A stretch of DNA of 64,000 nt from Terriglobia bacterium (GTDB taxonomy: Bacteria > Acidobacteriota > Terriglobia > JAJPHL01 > JAPKYU01). Location of the stretch: positions 1-64,000 of the forward strand of contig CBDCVK010000003.1 of assembly GCA_965223005.1 (NCBI GenBank), written 5' to 3'. This document shows positions 30,801 to 40,527 of this stretch, piece after piece. The notes under the pieces were generated by a model that made no database searches, was not told the DNA's origin, and saw only the letters and a program-made list of their open reading frames with translations. Made by a program: the position numbers and the translations under genes. Every line of letters starts with the position of its first letter. Within the stretch, counting starts at the first letter, position 1.

Positions 30801-33434
30801 CTAGCGCGAATTCTCTTGCCCTTTCCCACTGGCTGCCTCACCCGGTATATTTCGTCGACCCGGCCGGCGCCAAGCGAACAATCCGATGGCCAACGCCGTC
30901 ATCAATGTGACCGCGGCGCCCCACTGCAATGACAACGGCCCGTAACGGAAGACGACGCGATGCGTGCCGGGAGGCAGCGCCACCGCACGGAACATCTGAT
31001 TCGCGCGCAGCAGCGGGGCCGGTTTTCCATTGACCGTGACCTGCCAGTCAGGGTGGTAGCTGTCGGTGAGCACCAAATAGGCCGGAACCGAGGTAGTGGC
31101 CGCGACTTCTACGTGCAGGGCATCGCGGCGCAACAGCCTGGCTTCTCCCGAAGGCTGTAGAGCGGGTCCGGCCTGGCCGACCGGCTCCGCCACGTGGGCG
31201 CGTTCCGGATCGGAGGGCTCGAGCACAACCTGTCGCGCAGGATCATGATCGGGCGAAAGCAGCCGGGCGATCGTTGGTTGCCCCCGCGCAAGAAAGATCG
31301 GCTCCCGAACTAGGTATGCCCGCGGAAGTGCATCGCGAACCCGATAGACCCGGACAGGCAGGGTCGTCGCGTTCGGAGCCGAGCCAATCCACTCCAAACC
31401 CGCCGCCGACGGGAGGCCCTTCAGCAACGCGTAGTCCACGCTGCCGAGGCGCAGCAGGCGCACCAGTGGCTCGCCGGATAGCCCCTGCCAGTACACCCGG
31501 TGGATAAGGGACTGTTGTGGCCGCGGCAAGATGCGCTCCGGGTCGTGCGTGAAGGTGTTCTCCACACCCAGCAGGCCTGTGGCAGCCTGCAGGCTGAAGC
31601 GGGAGGTGTAGAGGCCTTGCGCTGCTGGGGGTAAGAAATCCACTGCCGCCACGTCCGCCAGCACCTCGCCACGAGGCATATAGGAAGACTCTACAAGGAC
31701 GCGCGGCGGGGCCTGAACCGCGGACACACTCGACGGCGAGTGGGTGGGTTCGAGGTAGCGCATGGCCGGTGGTGTGTCCTCGAACAAGCGGCGGTCCGCC
31801 AGCGGGTTCAGCGTGTGGTGGCCCGAAACCAAATGAACAATCCCAGCAGTGGCCACCACCAGTACGAGCCGTCGGCGCAAGGACTCGCGAAGCCTACCGC
31901 TCAAGACACAGGCCATCAGCAGGGCTACCCCCAGCACGCCAGGAAGCCGGGCGGGAATGACTCGCACCAACCAGTCGGTGGCGCGCGCCAGCAGTTCGGT
32001 CCGATCCATCCCCAAGGTCTGGCGAATGTGTAGAGCGTGGCTGTGATCAAACTTCAGCTCCGTCAGCCAGCCCGCCACGGCCCGTGCCGGGCCCGGCCAG
32101 AAGACTGGGATGGTGGCTAGGACCAGCCAAAGTAGCCCAAGCGCCAACAATCCAACGCTCAGACGACGTAGCCAGCGGGCATGAGCGCCCTCAGTTCGTC
32201 CGTTCAGCAGATACTGGACACCCAGCGCCGCAAGTTGTGTCGCCGCCAACGTGAACGGCACCAGGAACTTTACTGGAAAGCGAAAGATGCGGAACAGAGG
32301 GATCAGGTCGTAGAACACTAGGCCAAAAGGTGTGAAGCGTCCCAGGGCCAGAGCCAGCGACACCATGCCTACCACTAGCCAGAGATGCGTGGCCCTGATG
32401 CCGTCAGTTGCGGCTTCGCTCCCTGTCCCTCTGCGAACCAGTACCGCCACCATCGCCAGAGCCAACGGAACTAGGCCAATGAACACCGAAGGAAACAGAT
32501 ACAGCTCGCGTCCTTCCAGATAGAGCCAAGGCAGTCCCTCATCGAGAAACGGGTCTCCCCAGAACTGAGGAGAGAGCATCTCGACAAATTTCAGTGGGTG
32601 CAGCGACCAGAACAGACTGTGCTGATAGGTGAAATGGCCCGCACGTTGGGTATGGCGCAGGTGCCACAGTGTCGGGACCACTTGCACCGCCGCCAGTCCG
32701 CCTGCCAGCATCAGGCCCCACAGAAAGCGGCCGAACAGCCGGCGGTTGGCGGCAGCCCAAAAGGAGGCAGCAAAGTCGCCATAGAAAGCGATAGCCCAGC
32801 CGAGCACCAATGCAATGGTGACCAGGCTGATGAGGGGTGAGCCAGCGAACACCTGGAGCGCCAGGCAAGTCGCCACGAGTCCCGCGCCTCGCCAGCCGCC
32901 CCGGCGCATCTGGTAATCGGCGGCCAGGACCGCCAGTGGCATCCAGGCGGTGGCCGGCAGAACGTTATAGAAATTGCCCAGCGACATCACCGGCCCGCTG
33001 AAAACGAACAACGCCCCGGCCACATAGCAGGGAAATGGCTTGAGGCCGATCCGCCGAGCCAGTAGAAATGCACCGGCCGCAGCCAAGAAGAAATGCAACA
33101 CGAAGTGCAGCTTGAAACCGTACGCCGCCGGCAGGACCCAAGTCAGCCAGGTGGTGGGATAAAACAGCAGGTAATTAGGATTGACAATAACCGACTCGCC
33201 AAAGTGCTCGAACGGATTCCACAGGGGCAGCAGACCGGACCGCACCAGCGCGCGCATCTCCACCACTCGAGGGAAGTGGGTGAAGGTAACGTCCCGGAAG
33301 AACAGGACGTCGGAAGTGAACAGATGGTGCCAGAAAACGGCAGCCACCGAGACAATCAAAACGGCGAAAGCAAAACCATAGCCGCGGCTGACCTTCTGGT
33401 CGGCGGTCCGCCGGCGGCACTCGGCACTTAGCAA
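30801..33434 (-). CDS. YfhO family protein (GT-C)
   Basis: FFRD, PLWNP, FYP, C-terminal ALPRAY..LTDSYHPDW..ANQMFRAV.LPPG.H.V.FRY.P. Confidence 0.85.
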   Translation of the reverse strand: MLSAECRRRTADQKVSRGYGFAFAVLIVSVAAVFWHHLFTSDVLFFRDVTFTHFPRVVEMRALVRSGLLPLWNPFEHFGESVIVNPNYLLFYPTTWLTWVLPAAYGFKLHFVLHFFLAAAGAFLLARRIGLKPFPCYVAGALFVFSGPVMSLGNFYNVLPATAWMPLAVLAADYQMRRGGWRGAGLVATCLALQVFAGSPLISLVTIALVLGWAIAFYGDFAASFWAAANRRLFGRFLWGLMLAGGLAAVQVVPTLWHLRHTQRAGHFTYQHSLFWSLHPLKFVEMLSPQFWGDPFLDEGLPWLYLEGRELYLFPSVFIGLVPLALAMVAVLVRRGTGSEAATDGIRATHLWLVVGMVSLALALGRFTPFGLVFYDLIPLFRIFRFPVKFLVPFTLAATQLAALGVQYLLNGRTEGAHARWLRRLSVGLLALGLLWLVLATIPVFWPGPARAVAGWLTELKFDHSHALHIRQTLGMDRTELLARATDWLVRVIPARLPGVLGVALLMACVLSGRLRESLRRRLVLVVATAGIVHLVSGHHTLNPLADRRLFEDTPPAMRYLEPTHSPSSVSAVQAPPRVLVESSYMPRGEVLADVAAVDFLPPAAQGLYTSRFSLQAATGLLGVENTFTHDPERILPRPQQSLIHRVYWQGLSGEPLVRLLRLGSVDYALLKGLPSAAGLEWIGSAPNATTLPVRVYRVRDALPRAYLVREPIFLARGQPTIARLLSPDHDPARQVVLEPSDPERAHVAEPVGQAGPALQPSGEARLLRRDALHVEVAATTSVPAYLVLTDSYHPDWQVTVNGKPAPLLRANQMFRAVALPPGTHRVVFRYGPLSLQWGAAVTLMTALAIGLFAWRRPGRRNIPGEAASGKGQENSR

Positions 33435-33715
33435 CGCATTACCTGTCGGCGCTTAGCAACGCACTACGTGGAAGTTAAGTTGTCCTTCAGAGCGTCTGCT
33501 GAGGCAGGTCGTGCATCAGCTTCCATAGCCCGTCCGGAGCGAATTCCGGCGACCGGCAGTAGTCCCGGCAATGGTCAACGATGCAATCTTTTATCTGTCC
33601 CTTCCCCTGCGTAGAACGGCACTAGACTGGCACGAAAGGGAGCAAATCGCAACCGGCCATTCCCCCACAAGATGGAGAAGCAAGTGACTGAGGAAAGAAA
33701 TGAAGACCGCTGAAC

Positions 33716-34015
33716 TCAGCGGGCCGGCGGCAGGGCGCGGGCTTCGCGAGGTGGTGGAGCAGGCAGAGTAAAGATGATCTCGCCCGGGCGGACCAGCTTC
33801 ATCTCTTCGCGGGCGATGCGTTCAATGGCGGCGGGGTCGCTGCGCAAACCCTGGACGCTTTGCTGCAACTGCTGGTTCTCTCCCTGGAGGTGGCGAATTT
33901 CGCGTTCCAGTTGCCGCACCTCCTTCTGTCGCTGGCGCATCTTGAGGTGTCCGTGGTCCCCTACAATCTGATGGACGCACAGCAACAGCAGCAACAGGCC
34001 GCCGACACCGGCCAA
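33716..34015 (-). CDS. Septum formation initiator family protein (FtsB/DivIC)
   Basis: TM, GDHG, coiled coil, IERIAREEMKLVRPGE. Confidence 0.85.
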   Translation of the reverse strand: MAGVGGLLLLLLCVHQIVGDHGHLKMRQRQKEVRQLEREIRHLQGENQQLQQSVQGLRSDPAAIERIAREEMKLVRPGEIIFTLPAPPPREARALPPAR

Positions 34016-34044
34016 CCAGCGCCAACGCTGCCCCGGCCGCGTAA

Positions 34045-35445
34045 CTAGGTGAATACGAATTTTTTTCCCTCCTCGACCAGCGAGTTCAACTCGGCAGGGT
34101 CGCGAGCTTCCGCATAGACGCGCACGACCGGCTCGGTCCCTGAAACGCGGAACAAGGCCCAGGAACCGTCCTCCAGCACCAGCTTCAAACCGTCCAGCCG
34201 CACGATTTGTTTCACCTTGCGACCAGCAAAGCTGGACGGGTCCTGCTGGAGGCGGCCCAGGAACCGCGCCTTAACCTCCTGGGGCAACCGGAAGTTGACC
34301 CGCTGCGGGTAAAAGCCGCCGACCTTGCGGAACAGCTCCTCCAACTGCTCGCGGAGTGGCGCACCGCGCCGCGCTACCATCTCCGCCGTCAGCAGGCAGG
34401 CCAGGATGCCGTCCTTTTCCGGAACGTGGCGATAGATGGACAGCCCGGCACTCTCCTCGCCGCCCAGCACGATCTTATCCTCTTTGATCAGCTCCCCGAT
34501 GTATTTGAAGCCCACCGGGGTTTCATAAAGTGGCACCTGATGGTGCTCCGACAGCGCGTTCACCAGATTGGTGGTGGCCACGCTTTTGGCCACGCCCAGC
34601 TTCCAGCCGCGCGTCTCCACCAGGTAGTCAAACAGGAGCCCGACGATGTAGTTGGGCGAGATGAAGTGTCCGCCGTCATCCATGATGCCGAAGCGGTCAG
34701 CGTCACCGTCGGTGGACAGGCCTAACTGCGCCCCGGTCTCCTCCATCGCTTGCTTCAGCTCCCCCAGGTATTCGTCGGCGGGCTCGGGAGGGTGGCCGCC
34801 AAAGAGAACGTCCCGGCAGTCATGCAGGACGGTCACCGCAATACCCGCGTCCCGCAACAAGCGGTCCGCATAGCCGCGGGCGGCGCCGTAGAGAGGATCT
34901 AAGACCAGCTTCAAGCCCGCCTTGCGGATCGCCTCCAGGTCCACCTTGCTGCGGAGGTCCTCGAGGTAGGCACGGTCCAAGTCCACCGGCTCGATGGAGC
35001 CGGGGCTGGTACCCGGTCGTGGCGATGCGCCCTCTTGAATCAGTCGCTCCACCTCGTGGGTCACCTCGGGCAAGGCCGGCGCGCCGTCGGAAGTGGAAAA
35101 TTTCACCCCGTTATACTCAGGCGGGTTATGTGAGGCCGTGAAGTTAATGCCGCCGTCGGTGCCCCGGTTCCGGATTTCGAAGGAAATAGCGGGCGTCGGC
35201 GCCGACTGCCGACCAACCAGGCAGCGGACGCCGTAGCCGGAGGCCACCTGAGCAGCTAACTCCGCACAGGTCTCTCCCAGGAAGCGAGGATCGCGCCCTA
35301 CAATCAGCACTGGCGCTCCGTCCTGATGATGCTCCACCACGTACCGGGCAATGCCTGCCACCGCGCGGCGTACGTTGGCAAGGGTGAAGTCCTCGGCAAT
35401 GATGGCCCGCCATCCGGAAGTCCCAAACTTGATTTCCGCGCTCAT
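34045..35445 (-). CDS. Phosphoglucomutase/phosphomannomutase family protein
   Basis: FGTSGWR, TASHNP, DGDADR, GEES, RVSGTEP. Confidence 0.93.
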   Translation of the reverse strand: MSAEIKFGTSGWRAIIAEDFTLANVRRAVAGIARYVVEHHQDGAPVLIVGRDPRFLGETCAELAAQVASGYGVRCLVGRQSAPTPAISFEIRNRGTDGGINFTASHNPPEYNGVKFSTSDGAPALPEVTHEVERLIQEGASPRPGTSPGSIEPVDLDRAYLEDLRSKVDLEAIRKAGLKLVLDPLYGAARGYADRLLRDAGIAVTVLHDCRDVLFGGHPPEPADEYLGELKQAMEETGAQLGLSTDGDADRFGIMDDGGHFISPNYIVGLLFDYLVETRGWKLGVAKSVATTNLVNALSEHHQVPLYETPVGFKYIGELIKEDKIVLGGEESAGLSIYRHVPEKDGILACLLTAEMVARRGAPLREQLEELFRKVGGFYPQRVNFRLPQEVKARFLGRLQQDPSSFAGRKVKQIVRLDGLKLVLEDGSWALFRVSGTEPVVRVYAEARDPAELNSLVEEGKKFVFT

Positions 35446-35459
35446 GGTAGTATGTCGGT

Positions 35460-35786
35460 GTGACCGACAAAGTGGTTGTTTATGTGACCAGCGGCGACAC
35501 CGACGAAAGCAAGAAGATCGCCCGCGCGTTGGTCGAGAAACGCCTGGCCGCCTGCGTAAACCTGCTTCCGCAGGTTCGCTCCTTCTACCGCTGGGAAGGC
35601 AAGATCCAGGATGACCCGGAGTCGCTGCTGGTCATCAAGACCAGCCGCAGTTTGTTTGCCGCCGTCCGCGCCGAAGTCGAGCGCCTTCACAGCTACCACG
35701 TCCCCGAAGTGCTCTGTGTTCCCATTCTTGAGGGATCGCCCAACTACATGGCCTGGCTGGGGGATTGCCTGGGCGAATCCGAGTAG
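35460..35786 (+). CDS. cutA: Divalent-cation tolerance protein CutA
   Basis: LVEKRLAACVN, YRWEGKI, LHSYHVPE. Confidence 0.92.
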   Translation: MTDKVVVYVTSGDTDESKKIARALVEKRLAACVNLLPQVRSFYRWEGKIQDDPESLLVIKTSRSLFAAVRAEVERLHSYHVPEVLCVPILEGSPNYMAWLGDCLGESE

Positions 35787-35819
35787 AATCCGGGCGTGGG
35801 TATCCCAACCCACGCTTGC

Positions 35820-36965
35820 TCAGGTTGCTTGCAGGGCGTTCTCCAGGTCACCCAGAATATCCTCTACGTCCTCGATCCCGACCGAGAGGCGCAGCAACCC
35901 CTCGCTAATACCCATCTGGGCGCGCTCCTCAGGGCTCAAACCGGCGTGCGACATGCTGGCCGGATGCGAGATGAGCGTCTCGACACCTCCCAGGCTCTCC
36001 CCCAAGGAACATAGGCGCAGACCGGCCAGCAGGCGCCGCGCTGCCTCCAGCGAGCCCATGTCGAACGCTATCATGCCTCCGAAGCCGCTCATCTGGCGTC
36101 GGGCCAGCTCGTACTGCGGGTGGCTGGACAAGCCTGGATAATATACCCGGAGCACCTTCGGCTGCTGACTCAGCCAGGTGGCTACGGCCACGCCGTTTTC
36201 GTTGTGCTGCCGCATGCGCACGGCCAGGGTTTTGACGCCGCGCAGCACCAGCCAGCAGTCGAACGGGCCAAGAATGGCGCCAGCCGTGCTCTGGATGAGA
36301 CCGAGCTGCCGGGCGCGATCTTGCTGGCTGGCGGCGAAGACCACGGCGCCGCCCACACCATCACTGTGTCCGTTCAAGTACTTGGTGGTGGAATGCACCA
36401 CGACATCGGCGCCCAGAGCCAGCGGACGCTGGAAGTAGGGAGTCATGAAGGTGTTGTCCACCCCCAGCAGCAGGCCACGGGCATGGGCCAGCTCAGCAGC
36501 CGCCGCGATGTCGGTCAAGGTCATCAGCGGGTTGGCCGGCGTCTCAATATAGAGCAGGCGCGTGTTGGGGCGGATGGCGGTTTCCACCTCTTCCAGGCAG
36601 GCCGTGTCCGCGTAGCTAAACTCCAGCCCGGAGCGGGCCAGAACTCGGCGGAACAGGCGGGGCACTCCGCCGTAAACCCGGCGGGAGCACAGGACGTGGT
36701 CGCCGTGGCCAAACAAGCTCAGCAGCGCGTGGATTGCCGCCATGCCCGAGGCGAAGGCCAGCCCGACCGCTCCCCCCTCCAGCGCCGCCAGGTTCCGTTC
36801 CAGTGCGCGCCTCGTCGGGTTGCTGGAGCGGGCGTACTCATACCCCTTGTGCCGTCCCAGAGCTTCCTGCACGAAGGTGGAGGTCTGGTAGATGGGAGAG
36901 ACAATGGCGCCGGTGGCCGGGTCGGGCTCTTGCCCGCAATGAATCGCGTCGGTGGCAAAACCCAT
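35820..36965 (-). CDS. Cystathionine gamma-synthase/lyase family PLP enzyme
   Basis: PIYQTSTF, YARSSNP, SGMAA, DNTF, HSTTKYLNGHSD, ESLGGVE, RLSVGIE. Confidence 0.92.
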   Translation of the reverse strand: MGFATDAIHCGQEPDPATGAIVSPIYQTSTFVQEALGRHKGYEYARSSNPTRRALERNLAALEGGAVGLAFASGMAAIHALLSLFGHGDHVLCSRRVYGGVPRLFRRVLARSGLEFSYADTACLEEVETAIRPNTRLLYIETPANPLMTLTDIAAAAELAHARGLLLGVDNTFMTPYFQRPLALGADVVVHSTTKYLNGHSDGVGGAVVFAASQQDRARQLGLIQSTAGAILGPFDCWLVLRGVKTLAVRMRQHNENGVAVATWLSQQPKVLRVYYPGLSSHPQYELARRQMSGFGGMIAFDMGSLEAARRLLAGLRLCSLGESLGGVETLISHPASMSHAGLSPEERAQMGISEGLLRLSVGIEDVEDILGDLENALQAT

Positions 36966-37062
36966 GGCTGGAAAAGTATCACAACTCCAGAGTTCGGAGA
37001 CCGAAGTGCGCCGTCCGAAGTGTCTACCGGAGCGGGGCTGTCTTGGACTAGAATAGGAGGTT

Positions 37063-37494
37063 ATGAAGGTGAGAACGCTTGCTGCCGCCCTTTTTCTATT
37101 GCCGCTTGTCCTGTGGAACCCGCTTGCGGCCGACACCCAGTACACCATTCTGACGATTGACGTGCGCGACGCCACTAGCAAACGGCCGGTTCACCAGGCT
37201 TCGGTTACCGTGAACTTCGTTACCACGCGTATAATCCGTAAGGACTTGCGCCGCGAGTGGAATAGCAAGACCAACCGGCGGGGATTGGTGGAATTCCCGG
37301 AGATTCCCTCTGGTAAGGTGCGCGTACAGGTGATTGCCCCCGCTTACCAGACCGGCGGTGAAATTTTCGAGATCAGCGGCGAAGAGCACACCGTGAAGAT
37401 AAAGCTGGAGCGGCCCAAGAAGCGCCAAGTGTCAGCTCACGAACCGCCCGAGCTGGAGAAGAAACCCGAGTCAGAGAAGAAAAAGCCCGAATAG
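37063..37494 (+). CDS. Exported protein with carboxypeptidase-regulatory-like (transthyretin-like) domain
   Basis: AGGAGG SD, signal peptide, KTNRRG..PEIPSGKVRVQVIAPAYQT. Confidence 0.7.
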   Translation: MKVRTLAAALFLLPLVLWNPLAADTQYTILTIDVRDATSKRPVHQASVTVNFVTTRIIRKDLRREWNSKTNRRGLVEFPEIPSGKVRVQVIAPAYQTGGEIFEISGEEHTVKIKLERPKKRQVSAHEPPELEKKPESEKKKPE

Positions 37495-37708
37495 AGGGCG
37501 AGCTGCCCGGCCGCGCGGCGTTCAAAAATCCCATTTTCTGTGTCCACCATCCTGTTTGTTTGCCTCAGCGACTGTATTTTGGTAGAATTGTCAGACTTCA
37601 CGGGCCCGCAACCGACTTCCCCATCTAGCCCATCACTTTTGAGATCCAAACCTTATCTGCACCACGCATCATCTCCTGGAAGCCACGCCCTCTCGTACAC
37701 AACTCCAG

Positions 37709-38863
37709 TCATTTCTTTTCCAGTTTGGGTTTTGGAGCCGGCGCCGTTCTGGCATCCGGGGCTGGGTTTGCCACGCTTCCCGGTTTGGCCGGTGCGACAC
37801 CGGTAATCACCGGGCGGGCAGTTCCCGGAGTTGGCGACTGCGTTGCCTGCGGGCCGAAAAACTTTTCGTTCAACACCAGCGGGAATTCCTTCTTCACCTG
37901 CTCCATAGCCTGAAGAAACTTCTCCTGCTGGAGGGTGCCGCGGATGGTCGCATCGGCCTCATTCAGGGTAACCGCTCGTATTTCTTGTGTCTGCAATATG
38001 TAGTATCCCTGGCCTTCCTTGACCGGCTCGCTGATCTGGTTCGGCCTCAGGCTGAAGAGGACCTTCGCCAAACTGGCGGGAAGCTGGTTCTTGCGGACGG
38101 TGCCAAGGTCCCCGCCCTTTTGTGCGCTCTCCTTGTGATCGGAATGGGCTTTGGCGAGAGCTGAAAAATCGGCTCCAGCCAACAGCTGCTCGCGTAGCTC
38201 TTCGGCGCGGGCAAGGGCTTGCTGCTCAGTCCGCGGCTTGGGCGCCTCCTGCTCGGTGGCAGAAGCGACGGCGGCAGGCTTAGCCTGAGGCTTGAAAGCT
38301 ACGAAGATACTTTTCACCTTGGCTTGCTCAAACTCGGCCCGATGCTCGTCGTAGTAGTCCGTCACTTCCTCCTTGGTGATCTGCTGAGCTTTAGCCTGAA
38401 GGCGTTGGACGGCCAGACTTGCCAGCAACTGGACTTTCATAAACTGGAGCTGCCCTCTGAACTGGGGAGTCTGATCCAGCTTTTCTTGTTTGGCCAGCAG
38501 CGCCAGGCCTCGAAATGCCGCGTAGTTATTAGCGAATAATCTATCTCCCCACTGTTGCGCCAAACGCCCGTACTGCGCCGGCAGGCCTTGCTTGATCATC
38601 TCGAAACTCGACCGGGTGATTTCTTCCGGACCAATGGTGAGCACAACTTCATCGGGACCTACCGTGTCCTTACTGGAGGGCGCCGCCGGGTTGGCGGGTG
38701 GAACCGTCTGGGGCTCCTTGGCAGGACTGGACGACGTGGCCGGCTGAGGTTGAGCAGCTGGCTTGGGCTTGCCAGCCGGGGCCGGCTCCTGGGCTAACAA
38801 CCCCACGCCCAACACTCCCACCGCCACCCACGTTGCCGTCACATACCTTTTCTTTAGATACAT
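37709..38863 (-). CDS. Parvulin (PpiC)-type peptidyl-prolyl isomerase, exported
   Basis: Signal peptide; DFSALAKAHSD..SAQKGGDLG..ISEPV..GYYI. Confidence 0.88.
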   Translation of the reverse strand: MYLKKRYVTATWVAVGVLGVGLLAQEPAPAGKPKPAAQPQPATSSSPAKEPQTVPPANPAAPSSKDTVGPDEVVLTIGPEEITRSSFEMIKQGLPAQYGRLAQQWGDRLFANNYAAFRGLALLAKQEKLDQTPQFRGQLQFMKVQLLASLAVQRLQAKAQQITKEEVTDYYDEHRAEFEQAKVKSIFVAFKPQAKPAAVASATEQEAPKPRTEQQALARAEELREQLLAGADFSALAKAHSDHKESAQKGGDLGTVRKNQLPASLAKVLFSLRPNQISEPVKEGQGYYILQTQEIRAVTLNEADATIRGTLQQEKFLQAMEQVKKEFPLVLNEKFFGPQATQSPTPGTARPVITGVAPAKPGSVANPAPDARTAPAPKPKLEKK

Positions 38864-39039
38864 GGGACTTCCCTCGCATTCCTTTTCAGATTTAGTCTCG
38901 AAAGCCAGGGTACCGGGTATCTTTCAGGCGGAACCCTACCGGCAGGCGAGACCCTGCCGGACGAAATGGCCTGTTCGAGAAGGCGAACCGACCAACAAAC
39001 CCGCGCGCGCAATGGCTTATCATAGCATAGCGCGCAGCC

Positions 39040-40509
39040 ATGCCTATGCTTCGACCGTACGGCGCAACGGCCACGCCCGCCGACACGCCGCTTGCGCTGA
39101 GCCAGCAGCAGAGGGAAAAACGCCGTGTCGCGTTCCGCTCCATCCTGGCGGCCACCGTCATCACAGCCCTGAAGGTGGTGGTCGGATTCCGCACCGGAAG
39201 CCTGGGCGTCTTATCGGAAGCGGCCCATTCTGCCCTGGACCTGATGGCGGCCGTCATCACCTTCGTATCGGTGCGCGTTTCCGACAAGCCCGCCGATGCA
39301 GAACATCAATACGGCCACCAAAAAATCGAGAACTTTTCCGCATTCCTGCAAACCGGGCTGTTGCTGCTGACCTGCGTCTGGATTGTGGTGGAGGCGGTTC
39401 GGCGGCTGCTTCACCAGAACGTGGAAATTGAGGCTTCCGTGTGGGCTTTCGGGGTGATGTTCCTTTCCGTGGTGGTGGACTACAACCGCTCCCGGGCGTT
39501 GCAGCGCACGGCCCGCAAGTACGAGAGCCAAGCCCTGGAGGCCGACGCCCTGCATTTTTCGACCGACGTGTGGAGTTCCCTGGTGGTGATCTTCGGGTTG
39601 ACGCTGGTCTGGGCCGGACGCCGCTACGGCATGCCTGAGCTGATGGTGGCCGACCCGCTGGCGGCTATCGGCGTCAGTGGCATCGTTGCCTATATCGGTC
39701 TGCAACTGGGCAAGCGCACAATGGACGCCCTGCTGGACGCCGCCCCCCGGGGTGTGCGGGCCGAACTGGCGGCTCAGGTCCGCCAGGTGAAGGGAGTACT
39801 GGCTTGCGAACGGCTGCGGGTCCGCCGGGCCGGCAACCGCTACTTTGTTGACACCATCATTGCCGTGGAACGCTCGCTTCCGTTTGAGCAGGTCGAGGCC
39901 ATTGCCGACGCCGTCGAGGAGCGAATCCAGCAAACGCTGCCCCATTCCGACGTGATGATCCACACCGAGCCACGCCCGCCTCCCTTGGGCAGCCTGTTCG
40001 AAAAAGTGAAAGCGGTGGCTGCGCGGCACAACCTGTTCGTGCACGAGCTGGCCGCACATGACATCGCCGGCAATCGCCACCTGGAACTGCACCTGGAGGT
40101 GAGCGATCGCCACACCCTCCGCCAGGCCCACGAGCTGGTCAGCCGCGTTGAGACCGAGATCCTGCGCGAAGCCCCCGAGGTCACCACCATTAACACCCAC
40201 ATCGAGGACGAAGGAGCGCAGGTGGAGTTCGGGCGCCTGGTCGTGGAGGAGCACGGCAGTATCGAACAGCGGCTGCGGGAAATCGCCACCCAATTTCCGG
40301 AAATTCTGGATTGCCACGAAATCCTGGTCCGCTTGGTCCGCAATCGCCTCTATGTTTCCTGCCATTGCACCATGAACGGCGATCTGCCCATTGCCCGTGT
40401 GCACGAAGTCACCGCCGACCTGGAGACGCAATTCAAGCGCGCCTTGCCCGGCGTGTTTCGCCTCACGATTCACAGCGAACCAGACAGCGAACGGGGCCTG
40501 ACGCCTTAA
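39040..40509 (+). CDS. Cation diffusion facilitator (FieF-like) with extra C-terminal dimerisation domains
   Basis: SEAAHSALD, HQYGHQKIE, ADALHFSTD; three C-terminal IH.EP-type units. Confidence 0.9.
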   Translation: MPMLRPYGATATPADTPLALSQQQREKRRVAFRSILAATVITALKVVVGFRTGSLGVLSEAAHSALDLMAAVITFVSVRVSDKPADAEHQYGHQKIENFSAFLQTGLLLLTCVWIVVEAVRRLLHQNVEIEASVWAFGVMFLSVVVDYNRSRALQRTARKYESQALEADALHFSTDVWSSLVVIFGLTLVWAGRRYGMPELMVADPLAAIGVSGIVAYIGLQLGKRTMDALLDAAPRGVRAELAAQVRQVKGVLACERLRVRRAGNRYFVDTIIAVERSLPFEQVEAIADAVEERIQQTLPHSDVMIHTEPRPPPLGSLFEKVKAVAARHNLFVHELAAHDIAGNRHLELHLEVSDRHTLRQAHELVSRVETEILREAPEVTTINTHIEDEGAQVEFGRLVVEEHGSIEQRLREIATQFPEILDCHEILVRLVRNRLYVSCHCTMNGDLPIARVHEVTADLETQFKRALPGVFRLTIHSEPDSERGLTP

Positions 40510-40527
40510 CGAAAAAGTCGGGACTCA

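Noticed and set aside
33627-33645. Sigma-54 promoters (TGGCAC at ~33628 and ~18494)
   Set aside because: GG-to-GC spacing and the -12 element do not fit
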